Shown one piece after another: positions 37,411 to 49,239 of a DNA stretch of 64,000 nucleotides. Both the position numbers and the translations under genes were made by a program. The notes beneath the pieces are model-generated. The model was not told the DNA's origin, did not search any database, and was given only the letters and a program-made list of their open reading frames with translations. How positions within the stretch are numbered: position 1 is the stretch's first letter; every line of letters starts with the position of its first letter. Origin of the DNA: Paragordius varius (Eukaryota > Animalia > Nematomorpha); contig OZ176057.1 of NCBI GenBank assembly GCA_964247055.1, positions 6,289,327-6,353,326 on the forward strand, in the 5' to 3' direction.

Positions 37411-39501
37411 TTTAGCAAAATATGCATTTTTTCAAAAGTTTTTTTTATGTTATATAAAAAATTGTTATGCAATTCCGGCATTATGTAATTTATTATTAGA
37501 AAACACTCTAATTAGAGGGATAAGGAGTTTAATATGTGTTTCACATAAATATAATTTAGATATTATTTAATGATATTTTTTAGAATGAAACCTGACTTTT
37601 ACCATACAAATATATTTGATATAATGCGCTCTCCTTTCGATATGTTATCAATCACAAAAGTCTAAAGAACACAATACATTTATCCTATTTATATCACCCG
37701 ATTTTATGAACAGTATGTAAAAAGGTTTAAATATGCCAATATATAAATTTAGAAAGCTTCATATACATTTTAGCGACGTATATGATGTTGAAACAATCAG
37801 CTTTTTTCAATAAAGTTGTGGAGTCATACCAAGAAAACTCTAAAAAAATAAATCTTATATAGAATAATGTTTGATATTAAATTTAAACTAAAACAACTTA
37901 TAAAATAATAGTTTCTATACAAGGTAGGGTATAAAATATCTACAAAAGAATGAAATGTAATCTGTTATATCGCTTTGAGCTAGGAAAAAATAATTTCTGA
38001 TTTGGTCAACGTAATATTGGGATAATCTAACATCTCATAAAATAGATATTGGAATAAAAACAAAAATATAATTTTATTCGCACTTATCATAATACAATAA
38101 AGATACATTTATAAAGTTATTAAAAAATAAATCTAGATCTTGGGATCGCTATTAAAGAGATCATCATAGAATAGTATTTATTAAAAAAATATTTGTTTGG
38201 CCCATATATAGGTATTCTATTCGATATTCTTTTCTTGTGGAATATAATTTTCTTGTTCGATGATATGCGACTAGTTGTTTTTAGGCCTCTTTCGGTTGAG
38301 GGCAGTAATATAAAAAATTATTCAGCAGATGAGTCTATACAGGACTAGTCTATGTGACCAAATCTAGTTGTTAAGATGTTAAAAATAGTTTCAATTTCTC
38401 AAAATTATAGAGATGTCTTGCAGCCAATTTATTTGAATATGTATTCCCTAAGTACATTCACTCCCTTGGAAAGAGAATTTATTTTTAATTATTGTTATAA
38501 TTGATATACTGTGTTTTAAAACTCTTACTGGCTGATAGTTGAATCAATTTAAGGCATTTATATTTTTATAGATGGGTTAAATGTGTAACCATTTGAATTG
38601 AGGTGCTTTTGTATATCGAGTAAGCACTGCTATCATAGTAAACCTAACCCTCATTTGTTTACGCAGGCATTATTTAGGCGATGATTTTGTATTTGATTAC
38701 ATATCTTTTATTACAAACGCAATTTCATCTAAGGTAAAATCATGTAGGATGAAAGCTCGTATGTCAATTTTATGTGTTATAATCTTAGATTCAAGGTCCA
38801 AATTATTGTTTAAACGTTTTCTCAATTATTTTTTGACGCTTGGATCATAATTATTGTTAATCCTTTTTAATGCAGCTAACTATTCAAATTCTATAAATAT
38901 TTTCGTTTATAAATGTCCTTATCCAGTTTGAGCGCTATTGTATGCCACGTTATTTTTAGGTCCTTACTAGTGTTGTTCAGTTTTTTATATTAATATACAT
39001 GTTTTAATTATTAACATCATTTATGAATGTCACTTTTTCTTACAAGTCATGATTACGATATCATTTCGCCATATTTAAGGTTTCAACTGGTTTTCTTTTT
39101 TTTCAATACCATCTCTCAGGATTATTCATTATGGTTTGATTGTTTGCAGTTTGACCAAGCAATTAATCTAGCGATTGAAAATATATTTGCATCTCACCTA
39201 TTGTGCTATTAAAAATATGATATATATTTTAGTTTTGTTTTGGGTAAAAATGGTTGTATTGTTGGTGCGATCATTTTAACTATTATAAAGTAACCAACAA
39301 TCGTGTATTATTTCACACGTTGGTTGTATTAAATAAGACGCCTTTTTTAAAAAAATAAAATATATTTTTGGACGGTAAAAATTCTTCGCTATAATTATAC
39401 CAAACATATCTTGCTTGATTACTAATTAATTTAATTGCGATTTTACTCAAATATTTTAGCGCATTTGGCAAAAATATAATGTTTCCTAAATAACCTATTA
39501 T

Positions 39502-39870
39502 ATGGTTGATTTTGGTATTTCCTGCTTCCGATCAACCAATTTTACTTCAGACATCGTCGGAACGCCTTTTTACATGACCTACGACATGCTCTGTCGAGAC
39601 ACCTATGATTACAAAGTCGACATTTGGTCCTTTGGGATAATAATAATCAAATTAGTTGTAGGAAACCCTCCATACGGCATAAATTGGAGTTTAGAAATTA
39701 GAATTATCTTTAAATTCCACCTTCATTTTCAGTTAGATATCACATAAAATCATCGAAATAAGGATCCCCACCCTGCCGAAATCTATTTCGAGAGCTTTCA
39801 CCGATTTTTTAGAAAACTCTTTGCGCAAAGAGGTCACCGATCGATGGTCGGCCAATGACTTGCTCCAGGT
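39502..39870 (+). CDS. STE20/PAK-like kinase C-lobe, type A copy 5 (best preserved; partial, possibly a pseudogene)
   Basis: Uninterrupted MVDFGISC..IVGTPFYMTYDMLCRDTYDYKVDIWSFGIIIIKLVVGNPPY. After an acceptor TTAG at ~39737: ISHKIIEIRIPTLPKSISRAFTDFLENSLRKEVTDRWSANDLLQ then GT. No in-frame N-lobe or HRD upstream, and the donor for the first intron is unclear. Confidence 0.65.
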
Positions 39871-40244
39871 ATGCACATCTAATTATTCATCGAATTACCT
39901 ATAATTTTTACGGTAAAATATATAACCAAATAATGTTTTTGGAAGCCTTTTAGGAAAACATTTAATAGTGTATGTGTTTTGTGGAATGATCTCTCGCTAA
40001 TATTTGTAAAACACGTTTGTTTAAACAACACACTTGTGATGATGGAGTAATTCAACACACCATATGGGTATTAATTTTTTGCAGATTTGAATTGGAATCG
40101 ATGTGTGATGGAATTAACTATGCGCTGGGACAGATTGATTGTTCCAAAAAAGGTATGGCCAAATAAATTATATCTTTATATAGTTTACCGTAAAAATCTT
40201 ATAATAGGTAACCCAATAAAAAAGAAGTCAATTAATTATGTGTA

Positions 40245-40620
40245 TATGTATAAATTCATAGGCTGACCATCTATCGGGGACCTCTTTGGGCAAAGAGTTT
40301 TGTAGAAAATCAGGGAAAGTTGTGGAAATTGGTTCCGGCAGGGTTGGTGTCCTTGTTTTGATGATTTTATGTAGGATCTAACAAAATAAAGGTCGAATTT
40401 AAAATGATAAATAGTATAGTTGCGTGATTCCGCTAAATGTCAACGTTTGGAGGGTTGTTGCTTTCAACTAATTTGATTATTACAATTCCCAAGAACCAAA
40501 TGCCCACTTTTAAACATAGGTGTCTCGACTGACATGTCGTAGACTATATAAAGTGGTGTTCAAACAATGTCTGGAGCAAGGTTGCTTGAACGAAGGACGG
40601 AAAGGCCAAAATCAACCATA
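40245..40620 (-). pseudogene. STE20/PAK-like kinase C-lobe fragment, type B copy 4
   Basis: The minus strand shows MVDFGLSVLRSSNLAPDIV..LYSLRH (frameshifted)..WVLGNCNNQIS; homologous to 4846-5235. Confidence 0.65.
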
Positions 40621-42343
40621 TAATACATTATTTAATAAAACGTGTTTGGTATGTTATTAATTTGATAAACTGACCGACAAGTGTATTTTTTTGATTTTTA
40701 GTCAAAAATAAATTTGCATGAAATATTTTGACAGTACGCTACATAATTCAATCAATCAGTTCAATTTTATATATGATGTAATCCAATTAAAATTTAGTGA
40801 GTAATTTTAAAACCAGTATATTTTACGAACTGTATAGACGATTGTTGGATAATGTTTTACAATATGAAAATAAGGTTTTTAATATTTTAAATGATTGATG
40901 TGTTGTAATTGTTTTGTAGTTCAAATGTCATTATTTTTGCATTGTTTTTGTCTGGTTTTATTTTGCTTTATCTGTGATAGCTAATTGATATAGCTATTTT
41001 TATTACAAAATGCCAAATATATCGCATTGGCTAATGAATTTTAAACAAACATTAAATTATAAATTATTCAAATTTTAAATTTTTAGTTACTTGACTAGTT
41101 GTTTTGGTTTTCTTGAATGCTAATAACTTTTCCAGGCGTTTGATTACTACTGTTTTTAGCTGTCAGTAAGTTCATTTGAGTTAGTTGTGTTTGATTAGGG
41201 GTAATTATCTAAAAGATCCATAATTCTCCCCAAGAATCCAAATCCAAAAATAAGTTTTTTGTTAATTCCGTTATTGTGAATATATTTTTGCCAATCCGTT
41301 AACTTCTGTCCAGTTTTTCACTTTTGTATTATGTACAATATAGCATAGGGTCGTGGTCCCAAAAAATCGCATAAGGATACCAAACATAATTTAAACCATG
41401 TAGCCTTTGTGTTAATATATGTAAATGTCACAATCGAACAAATTATTTAGAACGTTACATCGCATTTAACATTTCATTAATATATTTAAACATGTAACTT
41501 TTGTGTTAATAAAAGCGCGATCGTACATATTATTTAGAACGCTACACATATTAGTATATATGATGATGTTGACTTTATGTTAGTTTATATAAATATGTCG
41601 AACAAGTTATTTAGAACGCTAAATGTATATACCAAGCTTTGACATGCGTTTTTTGAGTTATATTTTTAGAATTTAAACGGGTGTTTGCCATGGACATCAT
41701 TTTTTTCAAAAAACGGTTAAGATCAAAAATTCGAAGATATATCTGATTTTTTTATATTGATTTTTATGTAATCCGCAGAAAAATTATAAAATTAATTTAC
41801 TAATAACCAGGAAGTGTGGCTTTCTTTTTCAATATATTTGCACAGTAAATAGCCATATTAGTATTTTGGTGATTTGATTAGATAGTATGATAAATGTCTT
41901 GACATAATTTCCTTTAAAACAACATGATGATATTTATATATTCTGATAGGAAATTGTATCAAGATAATCACAGTGCTTTTGTTTTGATCCTTCACGAGTG
42001 ATTTAGTTGTCCACACTTTTGTCGTAATCTATATCAGAAAATGGCAAAATTTTCGCACATTTTTAAATAAATTTTTTCGCTTAAAGCTAAATCTATATTC
42101 TATTTTTAATTAAAAAAGAGTCAATCGGATGCGATGTAAAATATAGTGGAACTTTATTGTGTTGATAATCACTAATGTAAACCCAAAATCTGGTACCTTA
42201 TGAGTGGTACGGTAATTAAATAGAACATTTTAAGATCCTTTTATACAACGGTTATAAGGTTTCTCATTGGATTCTAGAGATAATTCATCAACAAATGTAA
42301 AACCATTTGTTTTTAACCACAAACCCCATTTATCTCTTTTTAA

Positions 42344-43423
42344 TTAATTTATCCCCATTACCAGGAACCTGAATCCATTATGGGTTGATTTAGTTTTACA
42401 TACATATTCATACAAGTCATTTGATATATAAACCATAAATATATGCTGGTAATAAGAATTATTGCACACGTGAAAATGATCGGGTACAAAAGTTGTGTTA
42501 AGGTTTTTGACATCTCGATTTCCGATAAACGATCTTGGCGAATATAATACCAAAAATAAGCCACATAACAAGCACATTATGCGTTTCCACCTATGTCCTC
42601 CTTTTTTAATTAACATTGGTAGTACTTGGTTGGTTAGCCACTATTTGGGCGGCATTTGTTTGAGAATATGTCCTCCGTTGCTCGTTTCGAGGAGACTTTG
42701 TTTAATATATTGCGCTTTTTTCGATAAGAAAAGTGTTGAAAGGATATCACCTGTTTGAGAGCTCAGTACAACTTCATCATTTGGATAATTTTCTTGGTCC
42801 CATTGTATGAGAGATTCATATGTCGGCTCAGACAGGGCTTGTTGCAGTTTATTCAAATCGATGGCCGACCCGTAAGCACTGCTAGCCGCCAAACTCAATT
42901 TTTTAACTCTTGTCCGCTGTGTCGTAATATAGGTCCCTAGCTCAGCTATAATCATTCGATCGCTTAAATCGGCTGGCTAATCTAAACTTTCATCATAGAA
43001 TCCTGCCATGTACGTAACGTAATTCCAGTTCCATCCGGTTCCATTGCCGTTATTATTATCGTATATACCATAATCCAAAAAATTGTATACGGTATTAGCT
43101 CTCACATCTTTTTCAATCTTATAAACATTTCTATGCGTGGTGACATATTGGTCGATAGTTTTTTCTAGCGCACGCAAAACATCACTTGCATACAATTCTA
43201 AATGCATACCCATATCTTCTCCAGCCGGCATCTCAAATAGTTTTGGCGTGGGCATAGGCTGAATTTTTTCTTTCCCACTTTGCAGATTACAAATGTCGGT
43301 TTTTGCTCTGCCTTTACTGGTCTCTTTTTCTGGACCACAAGTGGGAAACCAATATGTGATGTTACCTAAGGGTACGCTTGGCACATTAGTTTCTGTAGAT
43401 TGTAAGAAAATTAATATTAACAA
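42344..43423 (-). pseudogene. ~360-codon reading frame of unknown family, interrupted by two in-frame TAG codons
   Basis: ORFs 42977-43423, 42641-42955 and 42344-42616 are in one frame. The only stops before the final TAA are TAG at 42977-42979 and 42641-42643. The region is GC-richer than its flanks with protein-like composition. No homolog recognised. Confidence 0.55.
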
Positions 43424-43920
43424 TTGTCGGGATAACTTATTTAAGAATATATATGATTGTACTGTTCTTTATACCAAACGTCATCTTACTCTTATTTAAT
43501 ATAAAATTTTGGTTTTTCGCTGTTTATTTCGAATTGAGCTTAGTATCATATCAGGCCCAAAGATTTACAAAAAAATTTTAATCAATATTATCATTTTTTA
43601 AAAAATGAAAATTTCACAATGGCACCAAACAAACATCCGTCTATATAGAAATCAACGCTTACTATTCATATTCTCTAAAAGTAACAATTATAACTGGAAT
43701 AACCATAAAGTCTAAGCAGTGGGGTTAAACAACTCAAATTTTTTCTACGTTTAGGCATTACAAGCTCATAATATCGTGAATGATTGTATTTGATGTTTTG
43801 GCTTGCCAGGATTACATTTACAAGTGATTCCGAAGGCCGCAAAGTAACTCAAACAGACTGCATGAACAGAGCAAACCTATATTAATCTCACTATCATGGG
43901 TCTCAGTGATCTAGTAAGTA

Positions 43921-44181
43921 CAGTAAAAATTAAAATTATGCGGACGAAACGGTAATAATATAAAGGCAAATATTTTTTTCCCAAAAGACAACCATACTTT
44001 AAAAATCGTTTTTTTAAATATAACTTGTTTTTTTTTCATATAAATATAGTAATGTAAATTTGTAACACAAACAATGATGTATTTTACGATTGTGATTAAA
44101 TGATTTTTTTAGAATTAATAAAAAAGTATGGTTGTCTTTTGAAATAAAAATTTTGTCTTTTGTATAATTCCATTTTTACTG
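43921..44181. mobile_element. MITE (CAGT family), clearest copy, with TA on both sides
   Basis: TA|CAGTAAAAATTAAAATTATGCGGACGAAAC...CAAAAGACAACCATACTTT ... AAAGTATGGTTGTCTTTT...GTATAATTCCATTTTTACTG|TA. TA flanks and CAGT ends indicate the Tc1/mariner superfamily. Confidence 0.85.
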
Positions 44182-44289
44182 TATATATCGTACATAAAAT
44201 AGTTTTAAAAAAATAATCAGCTGGTTGAGCTATATAATTTGCGTTTAATATCGAATTATACAAATTGCAAATGAATTAGAGCTTGAAAA

Positions 44290-45199
44290 TTCTAATTAAC
44301 TAGTTTTACCCGAATTAAGGCAAAGAAGGTTTCCCCCCTGGTTATGACCCGCGTAAAATTGCGTCACCATATCGATGCAGAAAGCCTTTGAAGCCAAATT
44401 TCAGAAAACCTATTAGCCTGATAGGAACATATGGAATCCATGATTATTCCAGATATTCTACTATAAAGGCAAAAATTTTGCCCAACGCTTTTATATACCT
44501 ATCCCTGGGTAAGGAGCTACCCGCCAAAAACTGCGCCACTATATAAAAATTGCGTAGTTTTAAAGATAATTTACAGAAAATTTATGAAGCCATGTGAGCT
44601 CATTAAAAGCTTGAAATATTACCCGTAACTAGGTAAAAATTAAGGGGTTTTTTTTTATAAGCCGCTAATTTTGGGTTATGCCCTAAAAATACGCCATCAT
44701 ATAACGATTATTTAGTGTTGAGGTATTCTTTCTTATAATCCATGAGACGATGGTATCAAATTTGATTCCAAATATTTGGCCTTATAAAGGCAAAAATTTA
44801 ACTCACTTCTTTTTCCACATAAATCAATGGGTTGGAGTCTACCGGTTTAAAACTGCGCCATTCAAAAATGGCGTAGTTTTAGAGCTAATTTTCAAAAAAC
44901 CTAGGGGAATATGATTTACTTTTTATATCCCTTAATCCCAGCTGTGTGAATACAATTTCACAATAACACTATAAACCATGATTTTAAAAATTTTTTTAAA
45001 ATAAACCCAATTATAGTTGAATAATATAGTTTTAAGTCAATATTTGAGCCTATGCAAAAACCCGTAAAAAATAATAATTAAAGACATTTTTTTATTAAAT
45101 TTGTTTAATATTTTTTTATCTCCATAACCTCTATTTATTGCAAATAAGAATAATTATTGGTGAGACTGCGTCACAGCTAAGTGTGACAGGGCCAGCTAG
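44290..45199 (+). mobile_element. Putative non-autonomous Helitron-like element
   Basis: 3-prime hairpin GTCACA-GCTAAG-TGTGAC (45170-45187) followed by CTAG|T (45196-45199). Internal ~165-bp sub-repeats carry AAAACTGCGCCA..AAATTGCGTAGTTT. The 5-prime limit (ACTAGTTTTACCCG at ~44299) is uncertain. Confidence 0.45.
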
Positions 45200-45239
45200 T
45201 ATATTTATAATATGTTTTACTATTTCACAGAGGGTGACT

Positions 45240-45510
45240 AAGCCCTCTTTTAAATAAGACCGTCAATTTTGCTCTCCCCATTTAAAAATTGTTTATTTGA
45301 ACAATTTATGACTTAAATATAAATTTTCGAAAAAATAATGGGCGCTGTCAGTTCAATATTATTCTTTTCGATTCGTAGACCAGCCCCTCAATTCAGTCCC
45401 TTTTTACAAAAATATTGACTTAAGTAATTTTCCCGTGAATATATTTTATTTATATGAATGTGCCTTCGCCGACTGAACCACATATTTTCCTGTATTCAAC
45501 CTCACCAATT
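45240..45510 (-). pseudogene. Decayed protein-kinase N-lobe remnant
   Basis: The minus frame reads EYRKICGSVGEGTF, resembling the Gly-rich loop (Y.KI..IGEGTYG), followed by several stops. Confidence 0.3.
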
Positions 45511-45759
45511 TAAAGTTGATCATTTTATCAGTAGATGTGTAATAATGGTTAAAAAATGCAAATAAATAAATTTAGAAAGCCCCCAAAAACATTTCAGAGT
45601 CGTATATCTGATATTGGTTATAAAAATTGGCTTATTTTTCAATCAAGTTTCCGAGCAATACCAATTTCGTAGTTAATTGATAATAAAATACCAAGACAAC
45701 CTTTAAAACATTAGTTATTTACAGGTTAGTTAAACTCTAGGGTATACGACCCAAAATTT

Positions 45760-47060
45760 TGATCGTCTACAAAAGAATGAAAAGGTACTGTGTTAATTAT
45801 GAAATCGCTTTGAGCTAGAAAAATTTCAAAATCTTTGCCCAACGTATATATTTAAGGATAATCTACCCATAAAATAAATATGAAATAAGAATATGAATTT
45901 ATTTGCAATGTAACCATATTACTAGCTTACAATAATGATATAAAATGTACATCTAGATCTCGGGATGGCTATTAAAGAGATCATTATAAAATAGTTTTTA
46001 TTTAAAAGGTATTAATAGTTTAGCCCAGATATTGATATTCCATTGGATTATAAAAGCTTGTTCGATAATGTGGGACCAAGTAATATAAGGAATATTAAAT
46101 TAAATAATCTTTAGCAAATGAATCTATACAATCTTTTTGGGATGACCCAAGTTTTTGCAGGCTTCAGTAAGACATGGACGGAGAGAGACCGATTTTATGC
46201 ATTTTATTTTTCCGGGCATGGTGACAAATGCTTTTGAAACCATAAAAATGTCATAATAAACCATTAGCTAAATATATTTCTTATGGATGTGAACATGGGT
46301 TCTGAAGTGCTTTTACCTTCTGGGAGGAGAAGTTATTATTAGTGTTTGTATCTTAAATTTTTAAATAGCGGTTAAAAAAATTTTTTTCAGTGAGCTAATT
46401 GTTTTAAGGGCCGATAGATGGCGCAATCAAGGCTATTCCTTATTTTTATAGATGGACCAAATGTAGCTTTAATAGCATTTGGAATGGTGTTGCTGCTTTA
46501 TATCAAGTAAAACAGATCTGCTAAAAATTTAACTGTTATCTGATATACCTTCATTTAATATTCAGAGATTATTGAAAACCAAAAATTACAATCGCTATTT
46601 CTTCCGAGGTAAAATCATGCATTAAATATTGTGTGACAAAATTTTCATGTATGTTAATCGTAGATTGAAGGTTAGTTAATTTAGTTTTTTAAAATTTTCC
46701 GAATTATTTTTTCGTCGAAATTAATATGATAATTGTTGATCGTCTATAGTGCAACGAATATTTCTAAAATCCTCTTGCTTTGGATTATTTAATTTTATGA
46801 ATATTTCGATTAATGGTTTCACACTGTAATTCCGCCATGATTTAGGTTGCCGCTAGTTTCATACCATCTTTCAAGATTATTCATTATAGTTTGTATGTTT
46901 GTTTGTAGTTTGACCATACAATTTATCTATCGATGGAAAAATCATTTGAATCTCATTTGTTGTGCTATTAAACATATCGTATATTTTTGTGTGTTTTAGT
47001 TTGGTGGGTGACATATATTCTGGCTTAATCAAATTTTAATAAAGTTATACGAATTATATC
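45760..47060. repeat. Further copy of the dispersed kinase-flank repeat
   Basis: GATTTAGGTTGCCGCTAGTTTCATACCATCTTTC (46839) is the reverse complement of ~817-850. TCTAGATCTCGGGATGGCTATTAAAGAGATCA (45952) matches 38132. Confidence 0.8.
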
Positions 47061-47820
47061 AGATGCCTCAAATTTTTTAAATACAAAAAAAACGTTAAAT
47101 GTATCTTATTATTATTTTTTTTAAAAAAAATTGCACTTTAAATACCATATTCAAATTCACCCTTAATATATTATGTTTTTTTTTAAATTAAAATTACCTA
47201 TATTTTTTATATTATTAAAAATAATATTTTGTTTAAAATTAATATATTATTTAAAAAACAATAAAATATGTTGTAAAAATATATTTTATATTATTTTAGA
47301 GTGTATTTGAATTTTTGAAGGGTCAATTTGAATTGTTAAAGGGTTTTGAATTCTTGAAGGGTGAATTTAAATTGTAAATGGTAAAGGTGATATATCATGA
47401 TTCAAAAAAAAGATAAAACTTTAATGTAAATCCAATTTAAAATTTTATTTTTATATTTTTAAAAATTGTCACAAGGCAAAACCCTAAATACAAATATATT
47501 TTATTAAAGGATGTCAAACATAGCTTTTATATCTTATTTCTATATAAATTAATGAAGCTCATAATTGTAAATTATATGATTGTGTTACCAATTTACATCT
47601 CTATAACATAAGTCAGTGGTCTTTTAAAAAAACCCTATTTGTCCTTATGTTTTTTTTCGATTTTATCATTATATAATTATTTTTACTGTAAAAGGTTTAC
47701 TTATCATTCTTTAAGATATTAAATATCTGTTTTAATCAAAAAAAATTCGACATTAAAATTCTTTTTTTTAATTTGCCTTTGTAAGTTTTTTAAAATTAAA
47801 AATTTATTATTTAATTTTAG

Positions 47821-49239
47821 ATTAGGATTGCCACCTATATTAATTTGTCATCCAGGAATTACAACTATTGGGGCTTCAATTTTCATTTTTATTTCGGCAG
47901 ATCTGTACGGTTCTATGGCAATCGGAAAACGGTAATTATTTTTTTTTAAAATGAGAATGAACTATCCCGAAAAATATATCTAATTAAATTTATTTTTTTT
48001 AACATAAATATATCAACTAAAAATTTGATTAAAAAAATCTTAAAAAATGATTGTATTTAAATTTGGTTCAAAACAAAATTTTTAAAGGTAAATGATGAAG
48101 GTTGTTTTATATTAAAGGGGGTACATATTTACATAAAATTATATACAAGATTAAATATATCTCCAATAAATTAATATAATGAGTATTATCTCACAATAAA
48201 AATTTAACAAATCCAAATTAATTATTTCTTATCATTGAAAAACGGTACATAATTATTAAATAATATCAAACTATTATAATAATTAAATTTTAAATAATTT
48301 AAAAAAATCTTGTAAATTTGATATATATAAACTCTTAGCTTGGATATTAAGGAGCTTGAAAATTTAAGGGCAAAATTCGTAAAGTTTTAGTTGTTTTTAA
48401 CTTTTTTATATTTTAGCGCTGTTTTATGCCATATTTTTTACATATATTTTTAAATATACACAATTAATTATTTCTGAAAATACCTTAATTTTTGATTAAT
48501 AAAAAATTAATATTTTATGCATACATTCAATGCAATCGTTTATTTTATTTTTATATTTGCCATTTAAACAATTTAAATAAAAATACATAAATTAAAAAGT
48601 TTTTATCTATCCATATTATGGTGAAAAAATAAATCACCATTTATAAGACAATGGACCCCCTTAACTTTGATTGTTGAAATTTATACCTATATAAGTTATT
48701 ATCCACATTATGATACCCTTTTTTAGTATTAAAAGTTTTGAATAATTTCAATTAATATTATACAATTTATTAATTACACATAAGCTAATAAGGAGCTACA
48801 CATTTTTTTTTAAAAAAATAATAGTATTAAAAATGGATAAATTTAAGAAATTGTTTTTTTCGGCTCCTTATGAGGGTGTCCAACATGATACGCCCAGTAA
48901 GTTGCGAAGCTTTCTTAAAATTAGGGGTAATCTAAAATCCCAAAAAGTGCCGTACCATTGGCATTAAATATATGCGATGGTTATTTTATATAGGGGGGGG
49001 GAGGCGGTGGTTGTCTATTACCAAATGAACCATTACAGTTTTTGAGTTATATTGCATATTTTTGTGTTAATCTAATTTTTTATTATAGAGGAAGTTCGAA
49101 ACAAACAATGGCTGCTGGAGGGGATAATATGAGAATGGCTCCAAAAATTAAAACTAATATTGGAGTTCCTGGAGGTCCTATTTCTTCACAACCCAAACCA
49201 CCCTTAACTATAAATTTGGCAAGTGTGTTAGCCAAATAA
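47821..49239 (+). CDS. Two phase-compatible orphan exons of an unidentified gene (47821-47931 and 49089-49239)
   Basis: AG|..LGLPPILICHPGITTIGASIFIFISADLYGSMAIGKR|GT (phase 2) joins AG|A-GSSKQTMAAGGDNMRMAPKIKTNIGVPGGPISSQPKPPLTINLASVLAK*. No start or homolog found. Confidence 0.35.

Larger units (their letters stand above)
37530..40700. repeat. Inverted duplication (~3.1 kb) of ~4750-7830
   Basis: Reverse-complement collinearity, including the kinase B/A pair and its flanking dispersed repeat. Confidence 0.85.

Noticed and set aside
42358-43499. Overlapping ORFs 42358-42564, 42495-42758, 42755-42940 and 43293-43499 as extra genes
   Set aside because: Expected shadow frames of a GC-richer coding region. 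An alternative frameshifted C-terminus cannot be excluded but is unsupported.
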